Source: Macrostomum lignano | Taxonomy: Eukaryota | DNA length: 64,000 nt | Direction of reading: 5' to 3' | Assembly (NCBI GenBank): GCA_002269645.1 | Contig: NIVC01001552.1 | Span: forward strand, 1-64,000 | Shown: piece after piece, positions 50,040 to 62,439 of the stretch | How the letters are laid out: each line of letters opens with the position of its first letter | Position numbering within the stretch: position 1 is the stretch's first letter | Notes under the pieces: generated by a model | What the model saw: the letters and a program-made list of their open reading frames with translations, nothing else | Told to the model about the DNA's origin: nothing | Database searches by the model: none | Position numbers and translations under genes: made by a program

Positions 50040-53000
50040 ATGCAAGCAGCAGACGATCGGCGTCTATGCGATCCAAGCTACGGCAGTGACGGCTGCGTGC
50101 TCAGAGAACTGCTGCCCGATGTGCTGCAGTTCCTTAGTCAGGATCTTGAGCAGGAACAGCTGACTGACGCCTGCAGTGAGAAACGGCGAGCACTTTTACA
50201 GCAGTTGAGTCTGTTCAGGATTGCCCAGTGCGGCGGGCCTAGTCAAGCTGTCAAGACTAGGCGTAGCCAGCCTCCTCCACCCGTGCCGCCGCATCAACAG
50301 CAGCAGCAATCAAGTGCCACCGGTTTTGGAGGCTTTCTCACCGATGCCATGTTTAATCGTCGGTCTCAGCTTATTGGCACTAGTAGAGGCGGTAAAGGTA
50401 AGCGTATGGCATCTTAGCAACTCCCATGTTGAGCCATGGCATCTCAGCAACTCCCCATTGAGCCATGGCATCTTAGCAACTCCCCATTGAGCCAATTGGC
50501 ATCTCAGCAACTCCCCATTGAGCCAATTGGCATCTCAGCAACTCTCCATTGAGCCATGGCACCTCAGCAACTCCCGAATTGAGCCATGGCATCTTAGCAA
50601 CTCCCCATTGAGCCAATTGGCATCTCAGCAACTCCCCATTGAGCCATAGCACCTCAGCAACTCCCGAATTGAGCCATGGCATCTTAGCAACTCCCCATTG
50701 AGCCAATTGGCATCTCAGCAACTCCCCATTGAGCCAATTGGCATCTCAGCAACTCCCCATTGAGCCAATTGGCATCTTAGCAACTCCCATATAATATTGA
50801 GCCATGGCATCTCAGCAACTCCCATTGAGCCAATTGGCATCTCAGCAACTCCCATATTGAGCCAGTAATAGATTTAATACTATATATTAAGTTTAATCAA
50901 ACGAAAAATTGATTTTAATCATTTTCTAGATTTGAAGAATCGTAAGTCATTGCCGCCACAGGCCTTCTCAAAGTGAGTATTTGTCAGTTTTTATTCTTAT
51001 TCTAGTGTTTACTGGGTCGTGGGGTCATTTTGGGTAAAAAAATAAAGCAGTGCAATATATAGTTGTTATAACTGATCAGCAAATTCAACTCTACAAAGTA
51101 TTCTTTCATGTCCGTTTGTAGTTTTGGCTTCACATTTGACAAGCACGAAGCGGAGGCACCGTTAAATGAATCTGGTAAAGTTGGTCATTCATTCTATCTC
51201 ATCAATATTTTCCCCCTTGGGAGAAATATATGTGTTATTCTGTATTCTTTTATTTTGTTAAAGTACTATCATATTGATAATATATTTTCAGACTATGAGA
51301 CGCCAATTTCTATGGATCTTAATGGTCAGATACTGTGAGTTTGATAACACAAAGTACTTTGGAGGGAAAAAGGTAGCCCACTCCGTCAAGAGTCTGAGAT
51401 GAAGAATGGGGGGGGGGGTAGCGCCACTCTATCAAGAGGCTGAGAATGGGAATGGGGAGTAGCGCCACTCCATCAAGAGTCTGAGAAGGGGAATGGGGAG
51501 TAGCAACCACTCCATCAAGAGGCTGAGAAGGGGAATGGGGAGTAGCAACCACTCCATCAAGAGTCTGAGAAGGGGAATGGGGAGTAGCAACCACTCCATC
51601 AAGAGTCTGAGAAGGGGAATGGGGAGTAGCAACCACTCCATCAAGAGTCTGAGAAGGGGAATGGGGGGTAGCAACCACTCCATCAAGAGTCTGAGAAGGG
51701 GAATGGGGAGTAGCGCCACTCCATCAAGAGTCTGAGAATGGGAATGGGGAGTAGCAACCACTCCATCAAGAGGCTGAGAATGGGAATGTGGAGTAGCAAC
51801 CACTCTATCAAGAGTCTGAGAATGGGAATGGGGAGTAGCGCCACTCCATCAAGAGTCTGAGAAGGGGAATGGGGAGTAGCGCCACTCTATCAAGAGTCTG
51901 AGAAGGGGAATGGGGGGTAGCAACCACTCCATCAAGAGTCTGAGAATGGGAATGGGGAGTAGCAACCACTCCATCAAGAGTCTGAGAAGGGGAATGGGGG
52001 GTAGCAACCACTCCATCAAGAGTCTGAGAAGGGGAATGGGGGGTAGCAACCACTCCATCAAGAGTCTGAGAAGGAGAATGGGGAGTAGCAACCACTCCAT
52101 CAAGACTCTGAGAAGGGGAATGGGGGGTAGCAACCACTCCATCAAGAGTCTGAGAAGGGGAATGGGGGTAGCAGCCACTCCATCAAGAGGCTGAGAAGGG
52201 GAATGGGGAGTAGCGCCACTCTATCAAGAGTCTGAGAAGGGGAATGGGGAGTAGCAACCACTCCATCAAGAGTCTGAGAAGGGGAATGGGGAGTAGCAAC
52301 CACTCCATCAAGAGTCTGAGAAGGGGAATGGGGAGTAGCAACCACTCCATCAAGAGTCTGAGAAGGGGAATGGGGAGTAGCAACCACTCCATCAAGAGTC
52401 TGAGAAGGGGAATGGGGGTAGCAACCACTCCATCAAGAGTCTGAGAATGGGAATGGGGAGTAGCAACCACTCCATCAAGAGTCTGAGAAGGGGAATGGGG
52501 AGTAGCAACCACTCCATCAAGAGTCTGAGAAGGGGAATGGGGAGTAGCAACCACTCCATCAAGAGTCTGAGAAGGGGAATGGGGAGTAGCAACCACTCCA
52601 TCAAGAGTCTGAGAAGGGGAATGGGGAGTAGCGCCACTCCATCAAGAGTCTGAGAAGGGGAATTGGTAGTAGCAACCACTCCATCAAGAGTCTGAGAAGG
52701 GGAATGGGGAGTAGCGCCACTCCATCAAGAGTCTGAGAAGGGGAATGGGGGTAGCAGCCACTCCATCAAAAGGCTGAGAAGGGGAATGGGGAGTAGCAAC
52801 CACTCCATCAAGAGTCTGAGAAGGGGAATGGGGAGTAGCAACCACTCCATCAAGAGTCTGAGAAGGGGAATGGGGGGTAGCAACCACTCCATCAAGAGTC
52901 TGAGAATGGGAATGGGGAGTAGCAACCACTCCATCAAGAGTCTGAGAAGGGGAATGGGGAGTAGCAACCACTCCATCAAGAGTCTGAGAAGGGGAATGGG

Positions 53001-56000
53001 GAGTAGCAACCACTCCATCAAGAGTCTGAGAAGGGGAATGGGGAGTAGCAACCACTCCATCAAGAGTCTGAGAAGGGGAATGGGGAGTAGCGCCACTCCA
53101 TCAAGAGTCTGAGAAGGGGAATTGGTAGTAGCAACCACTCCATCAAGAGTCTGAGAAGGGGAATGGGGAGTAGCGCCACTCCATCAAGAGTCTGAGAAGG
53201 GGAATGGGGGTAGCAGCCACTCCATCAAAAGGCTGAGAAGGGGAATGGGGGGTAGCAACCACTCCATCAAGAGTCTGAGAAGGGGAATGGGGAGTAGCAA
53301 GCACTCCATCAAGAGGCTGAGAAGGGGAATGGGGAGTAGCAACCACTCCATCAAGAGTCTGAGAAGTGGCTGTTCAAAATTCCTATAAACTGACCCAAAT
53401 CTCATCTTAATCATTGCTACTCCAGACTGCCAGGCAGACGAAGCGCTGGAGGTGCAGCTGCACCTGGCGTTTCCAGTGTGGCGTCGGCTCCTAGCATCTG
53501 CGGCGCGCTGCATCATCGTCACGAGGACACGTGCCGCTGGCAGTCGTACCCCCTGTGTCAGCTGATGCCAGCCGGGTCGCGTCTGTTGCTTTATAAGTCC
53601 TCGCGAGCCACCGGGAGCCCGTCGCTGACCCTACTACTAGCTGGCTACACCGCTATATATGTTGAACGGGAGTCTTCAGCTAATCATGTGATCAAACTGA
53701 CTCATCCAAGTCTGCCAACTCACGCACTTTCTGCCGATTCTGAAGATGAAGCTCGAGCTTGGGTTGCTAAGATCAATCTTTTGCAGCAGTTGCAGAATCT
53801 TCAGGAAATGTTTTTCCCGGGATTCAGTCAGGAGCCTGACAGTGGTTTCTCTGGTCCGGTGTCTTCTAGTTCCACTGACTCCTGTGATCACCAGCAGCAG
53901 CGGAAACCGAAGTTAACAAAGTCTACTACGTTTTCTGGGCTTGGTTAGTGCAACCAAGTTTTGTCTCACTTATATTATCTCTCATCTCACCCTCATTTTG
54001 TCTCATCTCACCCTTGTTCTGTCTCATCTCACCCTTATTCTGTCTCATCTCACCCTTATTCTGTCTCATCTCAATCTTATTCTGTCTCATCTCACCCTCA
54101 TTCTGTCTCATCTCACCCTTATTCTGTCTTATCTCACCCTTATTCTGTCTCATCTCAATCTTATTCTGTCTCATCTCACCCTCATTCTGTCTCATCTCAC
54201 CCTTATTCTGTCTCATCTCATCCTCATTCTGTCTCATCTCAATCTTATTCTGTCTCATCTCAATCTTATTCTGTCTCATCTCACCCTTATTCTGTCTCAT
54301 CTCAGCCCCACTCTGTCTCATCTCACCCTCATTCTGTCTCATCTCACTCATTCTGTCCCATGTTATCCTCACTCTGACTCATCTCACCCTCATTCTGTCT
54401 CGTCTCACTCATTCTGTCTCATCTCACCATCATTCTGTCTCATCTCACTCTCATTCTGTCTCATCTTATCCTCACTCTGACTCATCTCACCCTCATTCTG
54501 TCTCATCTCACCCTCATTCTGTCTTATCTCACTCTTCTTGTCTCATTTGACTCTCATTTTATCTCAGTCTATCTCACTCTCCTCCTCATTCTCAGTGTCT
54601 CAGTCTCCTCAGCAGTTAAGCCGCATAAGAAATCTATGATTTTGCAGGTCAGCATCACGCCGATGATGGGGCAATGCTATCGGCCGAAGCTTCGGCGGCC
54701 GCATCCGCTGCGGCGCACAGCCGCCAGCATTCTGGCGGTTTTATGCGTCGATTACGAAGCTCGTTCGGCGCCGGCAGCTCGAATCGACGGAATCAACGCG
54801 AAGCGGCGGCTGCGGCAGCGGCGGCCGAGGCGGATGCCGCCCTGGGGACCGATGACTGCTTAGTGGAGAGCGACGCTGAAGTCCGGCTTGGTGGCCAGGG
54901 GCGTTGGCTGCGGTGTCGGGCTCGGCTTCGTCGAGGCGGCCGGCTCTGTCTGCCCGGCGTGGCCGCTGAGCCCATCTTGCTGGACGATCGGACCAGCCTG
55001 CAGCCATTGAACGGCGGCGATAGCGGGGTCTCGTCGGGACCAACTGAAGTTGTGGTTGCCGGCCAGGTTGTCAGGCGGCGGCAGAAACGAAGCGGCGTAG
55101 ACGGTCAAGCCTGCGGTATTCGAGTCGTTCGGGTAGCTAATTATGATAATTATTATGATGTTACTAGTAGCCAATCAATGTTTGTTTACAGGGACTCGGT
55201 GTCCTAAACTAAAACTAGACTATCATAAACTGAAGCTAGACACAGACCTAAACTACAGCTGGACACAGACCTAAACTGAAGCTGGACACAGACCTAAACT
55301 GCAGCTGGACACAGACCTAAACTGAAGCTGGACACAGACCTAAACTGAAGCTGGACACAGACCTAAACTGCAGCTGGACACAGACCTAAACTGAAGCTGG
55401 ACACAGACCTAAACTGCAGCTGGACACAGACCTAAACTGCAGCTAGACACAGTCCTAAACTGCAGCTGGACACAGACCTAAACTGCAGCTGGACACAGAC
55501 CTAAACTGAAGCTAGACACAGACCTAAACTGCAGCTGGACACAGACCTAAACTGAAGCTAGACACAGTCCTAAACTGCAGCTGGACACAGACCTAAACTG
55601 AAGCTAGACAGACCTAAACTGAAGCTGGACACAGTCCTAAACTGCAGCTAGACAGACAGATCTCAGCTTTAGTTAAGTTAGATAAAGTAGGTGTGTTTAA
55701 ACTATAAAATGAGAATAGCATTCTAAAGCATACAAAACCTCTACTCAAACAGCAAACACCTCCGGGCTCCGCCGCTGGTGCAGCTTCAACTATCGTAGCC
55801 GAACTCAAAGGCCTAGACAAACTGGCCCTAGGCGAATGGATCAAGCACATGGCCTTAGCAACCGGCATGGCCCCGCAATACGAGCCAATGCAAACCGAGC
55901 TATTGGATTTACACAGCGCCCGCGCCCTAGTCGATAGCAGGCGTCGCGCGTCCATGCCCGAGCGTCAGTTGAATTGCCTCACTGATTTGGTGTCCGCCGC

Positions 56001-56175
56001 TGCCGCCTCAGGCAGAGCGCCGCGACCCCTGCCGCCTCTGCCAGACAATTCAATTACTAGCGGCTACGACGTAGGCGGCAACACTGCCGAGTCTGGCTGC
56101 GCAGTCCAGCCTGCTGCTCCGTACTGTCTGTACGATATGGACTGCCATGAGCAGATGAGCTCAAACTGCGGCTGA
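50040..56175 (+). CDS. AFAP1/SKAP-like adaptor with two PH domains, 7 exons (50040-50397, 50930-50972, 51122-51174, 51292-51334, 53426-53943, 54648-55132, 55753-56175), ~640 aa
   Basis: N-terminal LRELLPDVLQFLSQDLEQEQLTDACSEKRRALLQQL resembles the AFAP1L/SKAP helical domain. PH1 LLLYKSSR...LLLAGYTAIYVE...HVIKLT...ARAWVAKIN. PH2 end VAELKGLDKLALGEWIKHMALATG. GT..AG phases are consistent (1923 nt). The exon 6/7 junction and the start codon are least certain. Confidence 0.72.
50408..50865. repeat. Minisatellite, 30-31 bp unit (gcatctcagcaactccccattgagccaattg), adaptor intron 1
   Basis: Direct reading of tandem units. Confidence 0.95.
51365..53365. repeat. 2-kb minisatellite, 42-bp unit (ggggaatggggagtagcaaccactccatcaagagtctgagaa), adaptor intron 4
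   Basis: Direct reading; 14-aa periodic ORFs; a rare variant (aattggtagtagc) recurs at a 459-bp offset. Confidence 0.97.
53970..54600. repeat. Minisatellite, 21-bp unit (ctgtctcatctcacccttatt), adaptor intron 5
   Basis: Direct reading; 7-aa periodic ORFs. Confidence 0.95.
55210..55655. repeat. Minisatellite, 23-bp unit (ctggacacagacctaaactgaag), adaptor intron 6
   Basis: Direct reading of tandem units. Confidence 0.95.
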
Positions 56176-56294
56176 TAAATGTGTGGCAAAAATGTTTGAC
56201 CTTTTCTATTTTAATATCCTCTTGCTAGACATTTTTTATCTTAGTCTGCATCTTCACGAGCTTAGTTACTTCTGTTCGACTTTGTTATTTATCT

Positions 56295-56470
56295 CTTTCC
56301 TGTCTGTCTGTCTCCTCTCCTCTTCTCTCCTGTCTGTCTGTCTCCTCTTCTCTTCTCTCCTGTCTGTCTGTCTCCTCTCCTCTCCTCTCCTGTCTGTCTG
56401 TCTCCTCTCCTCTCCTCTCCTGTCTGTCTGTCTCCTCTTCTCTTCTCTCCTGTCTGTCTGTCTCCTCTTC
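56295..56470. repeat. Minisatellite, 30-bp C/T-rich unit (ctgtctgtctgtctcctctcctctcctctc)
   Basis: Direct reading; about 6 copies. Confidence 0.9.
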
Positions 56471-56729
56471 ATGTAAGTAGTTTTAATTGATAACAGCAAG
56501 TTATTCTCTAATTTTCCGTAGTTCTATGCCCAACTATACTACTCACTACCAATCGTGTTACTAGTAGTATATACAATGCAACCAGTGTCTTTTCCGTTCG
56601 CCTTCCGACAGTCGTTTCGTGTTTTCATTTTGTGTGTTCGGCAGATCAGTTCAACAAAAATTGCTCAAAATATGTCGCGTATTAAAACCCCTGTCTTGAT
56701 AGACGACTGTTATGTTTGATAAGAAACCA

Positions 56730-57395
56730 TCCCCCCGTAGGCCTTGGCGTCTCAGCAATTCCCCCTGTAGGCCTTGGCATCTCAGCAATCCCCCCTAGGC
56801 CTTGGCATTTCAGCAATTCCCCCTGTAGGCCTTGGCATCTCAGCAATCCCCCCTAGGCCTTGGCATTTCAGCAATTCCCCACGTAGGCCTTGGCATCTCA
56901 GCAATTCCCCACGTAGGCCTTGACATCTCAGCAATTCCCCCCATAGGCCTTGACATGTCAGCTATTCCCCCCATAGGCCTTGGCATTTCAGCAATTCCCC
57001 ACGTAGGCCTTGGCATCTCAGCAATTCCCCACGTAGGCCTTGACATCTCAGCAATTCCCCCCATAGGCCTTGACATCTCAGCAATTCCCCCCATAGGCCT
57101 TGACATCTCAGCAATTCCCCACGTAGGCCTTGACATCTCAGCAATTCCCCACGTAGGCCTTGACATCTCAGCAATTCCCCACGTAGGCCTTGACATCTCA
57201 GCAATTCCCCCCATAGGCCTTGCCATCTCAGCAATTCCCCCCATAGGCCTTGGCATCTCAGCAATTCCCCACGTAGGCCTTGACATCTCAGCAATCCCCC
57301 CCATAGGCCTTGGCATCTCAGCAATTCCCCCTGTAGGCCTTGGCATCTCAGCAATTCCCCCTGTAGGCCTTGGCATCTCAGCAATTCCCCCCTGA
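56730..57395. repeat. Minisatellite, 30-bp unit (taggccttggcatctcagcaattccccacg)
   Basis: Direct reading; 10-aa periodic ORFs. Confidence 0.95.
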
Positions 57396-58504
57396 GCTTT
57401 CAAGAATTCTGGATACTAATAAGGACACGACATTCATACTCACTCTGGCCTGCTACCCAGTCTAAATTAAGGGTTAAAATTGTTTCAATTAGAGTAAGCC
57501 CTGATGACTTCAAAAATTGATGAGCACAAATTAAAAAGTTACTTTTTTTCTTGCATCGAATCGCGGCGGCTTTTTTAATTGATTTTTCATTTTTATACTT
57601 TTTGTATTGTACACGGTAATACCCTGATAGTGGTATTAATATTTATCGTTTACATGATCATGAATTTTATGTCCTAATATTTTAATAGCCTTATTTCCTG
57701 TATTCACTATTGAAGTCAGTATAGTAGACTTATTGATTAAAACTTGAGCAGGTTTCATAGATCAATTTATAATTTCTTATCATTTCATCGCTTATTAGAT
57801 GACGAGGCATTTGAAGTATAGTAAGAAAGTCATAGTTCCTCCTGCCGTTTTCCCGTCCGCGGCTGTGTTTTGTATAATTGCTTTTTTCATAAAAACCGGC
57901 TTCAATATTGTTAGCAAGCAGTTTGATTTTTTCTACAAAAAATTTTTGCTACAAAGTTTTGTATTTTTATAATCATTGTGTAGTATTCCTTGTAAATATT
58001 TATTACCAGTTACCAAAATTGTATAAAAACCAATGTATAAAACAAGAATTCTATTTAAAAACTAGTTTTTGTCAGTATTTTTTAAAGCAAAAAAACTGTT
58101 ACTTTGTTTATAAAAAAATCAATCCAAGTAGCTTCATCTGTTTTTTTAAAAGATTTTTATTGAACTGTGCCGAACTTGAAGTTTTTATCTGTATAATATA
58201 AAAACTTTTCGTCGAATAAATAAAAAATAATACTACTGCTGAAGCGCTTTGAATAGTAGTGCTAAATGCAAATTTTGTTTTAAAAAATAACGAGAAAATA
58301 TTAACCATATTTTAATTGTTTTTACAAGATATTTAACTCAGAGCAAATGCAGTTATAGAAATCGTATCTGAATTCTTAGCACTACTATTTACTGATGGTT
58401 CAGTGAAAAGCGTTTATGCGCCTTCAATCAATTAAATTCTATATTTCGTAATCTTATCAAGAGCTTGCCTTCACTTTTTTCTTCAATGCTTTGCCTGCTA
58501 CCAA

Positions 58505-58945
58505 TCTCCCAGATCCAGAGTTGCTGAGCCAGCCTCCCAGATCGATCCTCAGTTGCTGGGCCTCCTCAGTTGCTGGGTCGGCCTCTCAGATCCTCAGTTG
58601 CTGGGCCAGCCTCTTAGATCGATCCCCAGTTGCTGGGCTAGCCTCCCAGATCCTCAGTTGCTGGGCCAGCCTCCCAGATCCCCAGTTGCTGGGTCAGCCT
58701 CTCAGATCCTCAGTTGCTGGGCCAGCCTCTCAGATCCCCAGTTGCTGGGCCAGCCTCCCAGATCCCCAGTTGCTGGGCCAGCCTCCCAGATCCCCAGTTG
58801 CTAGGTCAGCCTGTCAGATCCTCAGTTGCTGGGCCAGCCTCCCAGATCCCCAGTTGCTGGGTCAGCCTGTCAGATCCTCAGTTGCTGGGCCAGCCTGTCA
58901 GATCCTCAGTTGCTGGGCCAGCCTTCCAGATCCTCAGCTGCTGTG
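58505..58945. repeat. Minisatellite, 28-bp unit (cagttgctgggccagcctcccagatccc)
   Basis: Direct reading of tandem units. Confidence 0.95.
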
Positions 58946-59571
58946 CCAGCTTCAGAGTGGCACTAAAGCTGCCTATTAGAATGCACCGAACACCTCGCGA
59001 AATCGGTTTAGGTCTAACCGTACGAAGTCACAGTCTTCTTATCTTCGAAACTGCTCAAGCCTCACATACCCGACCTATATAATTATGCCGTTTAGCTACG
59101 GGAAACCTATATTTGCATTGAATCTTTCAGTGCTCCACTGTTTGTGTTGAGTTATTATTTAGATCTTCTATTTTTTAAATAAGTGACTCTTAAGGTCTGG
59201 CGTCCCCCTCTCTCTCTGTATATAAACTCATCAACTGTCTTGACTGGCTGCTTTCTCACTGTAGACACAAGGCGTTTTCTTGACAGGTCTGGGTATGCTG
59301 TTGGTCTATCTAAAGCTAATACAATGGCTAGAGTAAACTCTCTCTGGTTTGGCGAATGAGTATAGAAATGCATGATGAGAAGGCATCGCCTACCCTTCAC
59401 GGTCTTGTCTTGGCCAAGGAGTCTATAATTGTGTTTGATCATTTTTCGGCTATCTCTCTACACTCCAGTTTGCACTGTGGTTGGCTGAAAAGCTCGTGCA
59501 TTTAATAAAAAACCTCTACTCTCAATCTGCACCTCTCTCTCTCTCTCTCTCTAAGCTACTCTGCGTAGAGG

Positions 59572-59578
59572 TATAAAA
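59572..59578 (+). promoter_or_regulatory. Candidate TATA box for the CUB-LDLa gene
   Basis: TATAAAA ~125 bp upstream of the ATG at 59702. Positional argument only. Confidence 0.35.
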
Positions 59579-59701
59579 GCAGGTTTTTGTTGAAAAAGAC
59601 CGTTTCAATTATTTATATTAGAAAAATAGTATTTATTTAGTATATTTAGATTGAGAAAGACGCGGTCTAACGTGTAGCTCGAGAATTTCTGTTAGCTCAA
59701 C

Positions 59702-62401
59702 ATGGTGGTCAGGTCAGCCTTTGTCTGCCTGGTGATCTTATCATTGAGTATAGGTGAGTCTATCGGTGTCTTATGTTAGACAATTAACGCGTCGCCTGTT
59801 AGATAGGGATACAATGTACATCACCTGTTATATATGAGTACATCACCTGTTAGACACACCGCCATCAGCTGTTAGGCACACGGCCATCACCTGTTAGACA
59901 CACGGCCATTACCTGTTAGACACACGGCCATCACCTGTTAGACACACGGTCATCACCTGTTAGACACACGGCCATCACCTGTTAGACACACCGCCATCAG
60001 CTGTTAGGCACACGGCCATCACCTGTTAGACACACCGCCATCAGCTGTTAGACACACGGCCATCACCTGTTAGACACACGGCCATTACCTGTTAGACACA
60101 CGGCCATCACCTGTTAGACACACGGTCATCACCTGTTAGACACACGGCCATCACCTGTTAGGCACACGGCCATTACCTGTTAGACACACACGGCCATCAC
60201 CTGTTAGGCACACTGCTATCACCTGTTAGACACACGGCCATCACCTGTTAGACACACGGCCATCACCTGTTAGACACACACGGCCATCACCTGTTAGGCA
60301 CACTGCTATCACCTGTTAGACACACGGCCATCACCTTTTAGACACACGGGCATCACCTGTTAGACACACACGGCCATCACCTGTTAGGCACACTGCTATC
60401 ACCTGTTAGACACACGGCCATCACCTTTTAGACACACGGGCATCACCTGTTAGACACACACGGCCATCACCTGTTAGGCACACGGCCATCACCTGTTAGA
60501 CACACGGCTATCACCTGTTAGACACACCACCATCAGCTGTTAGGCACACGGCCATCACCTGTTAGACACGCGGCCATCACCTGTTAGGCACACGGCCATC
60601 ACCTGTTAGACACACTGCTATCACCTGTTAGGCACACGGCCATCACCTGTTGGACACACGGCCATCACCTGTTAGGCACAGGGCCATCACCTGTTAGGCA
60701 CAGGGCCATCACCTGTTAGACACACGGCCATCACCTGTTAGACACACCACCATCAGCTGTTAGGCACACGGCCGCACCTGTTGGACACAAGTTCAACCTT
60801 TATTACCAAAATTCCCTCCGCTAATCCCAGTCACCATGACAACAGCCGCCTCCGCCTGCGGTGGCTACCGCGAAGGCCTCAACACCGGCCAGTCGTTTAC
60901 CCTGACCTCGCCGAATTATCCCAGCAACTACGATAGAAATCAGCGCTGCATTTGGCTGTTTGCAGCCAAGAATGGCACCGGATTTCGCATTAATGTCACT
61001 TCAGTCAGTTTAGAGGGCACCGGCAACAACAGCACCGGCTGCAGTGACTACTTGCAGATCACGGATGGCAGCTCGGTGGCCACTGAGCTGGCCTACCTGT
61101 GCCAGGTGGGTGTCTTTGCATATTTGATTTCATATATAGAATTTAAAGGCTCCCAGTGAGATTTCTTTAGATTGGTAATTTTCTTAGTTTTAAGAGTCGT
61201 TATGGATTTTATGGTGTGGGGACAAAGCCAAGAGTTATTATTACCAACATTATTGGTGTTGTCAGCGCTCATTTTAGCGCCTCAGGCACTCATTTTGGGG
61301 CCTCAGGCTCTCATTTTGGTGCCTCAGATTTTCATTTTGACACCATTTTAGTGCCATTTTGGTTCCACTAACTACCGCAAACATTTTCAGGTGTCGAGTC
61401 CGTTACTATTAACAGCTAATAGTGTCTACCTGTGGGTGAAATTTCAAAGCAATCACCAAATCCAAGGCGCAGGATTTCAGATGACAGTAACTACAGTGAC
61501 TGACATCACTTCTGTTAGCAACAGCACGCCTGTAAAATGTGCGTTGGAGATTAAAATCCCCTTTTCTAAGCTTAGTTGTAATTAAAATCCCATTACCTAT
61601 CCCCAATTAGGATTGAAACGAAATCCCATAACATATTACAAAATAGGATTGAAATCCCATCACATGTACCTATTCCCAAATAGGATTGAAATCCCATCAC
61701 ATGTACCTATTCCCAATTAGGATCAAAATCCCATTACCTATTCCCAATTAGGATAAAAAATCCCATTACCTATTCACAATGAAGATCAAAATCCCATTTC
61801 CTATCCCCAATTAGGGTCAAAATTCCATTACCAATTCCTAATTAGGATCAAAATCCTAGTTCCTATTTTTCAATTAGGTTTAAAATCCTATTACCTATCC
61901 ACAGTTAGGATCAAAATCCCATTACGTATAGGATCAAAATCCCATTACCTATAGGATCAAAATCCCATTACCTATAGGATCAAAATCCTATTACCTATAG
62001 GATCAAAATCCCATTACGTATAGGATCAAAATCCCATTACCTATAGGATCAAAATCCCATTACGTATAGGATCAAAATCCCATTACCTATAGGATCAAAA
62101 TCCCATTACCTATAGGATCAAAATCCTATTACCTATTCCCATGAAGATCCAAATCCTATTGCCTATTACCAATTAAGAAGCATAATCCATTTTTTCCTAA
62201 ACTGGGATAAAAATCCCCATGTACACGTATGCATCGAATCAACATCGAGTTATCCCCTAACCGCAGCATGTAAAAATAGGTACACCTGTCCGAACAAGGA
62301 GTGCGTTTATCAGGGCAGTCTGTGCGACAACATCAACGACTGCGGCTGCGATGACTATGGTTGCGACGAGACCAAGTGTTGGAAATTCGAATTTCTTAAC
62401 G
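59702..62401 (+). CDS. Secreted or membrane CUB + LDL-receptor class A domain protein, first 4 exons (59702-59753, 60831-61105, 61391-61538, 62267-62401), incomplete at the 3' end
   Basis: Signal peptide MVVRSAFVCLVILSLSI. CUB: CGG...LTSPNYPSNYDRNQRCIW...CSDYLQITDG...LWVKFQSN...GAGFQMT. LDLa-like CKNRYTCPNKECVYQGSLCDNINDC. GT..AG phases 1/0/1 are consistent. Confidence 0.82.
59810..60790. repeat. Minisatellite, 22-bp unit (catcacctgttagacacacggc), CUB-gene intron 1
   Basis: Direct reading of tandem units. Confidence 0.95.
61550..62215. repeat. Compound minisatellite (~31-bp and 23-bp units, aggatcaaaatcccattacctat core), CUB-gene intron 3
   Basis: Direct reading of tandem units. Confidence 0.9.
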
Positions 62402-62439
62402 GTGAAGAACTGATGGGAGTTTTACTGATTCACTAGGAT

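Noticed and set aside
50221-58979. Repetitive ORFs (VVATPHSPSQTLDG, MRQNKGE, GIAEMSRP, SCWASLPDP etc.)
   Set aside because: They arise only because unit lengths of 21, 30 and 42 bp are multiples of 3 or lack stops. They lie in introns or intergenic arrays.
59155-59442. 95-aa minus-strand ORF upstream of the CUB gene
   Set aside because: Non-ATG start, no recognisable domain and no supporting splice structure.
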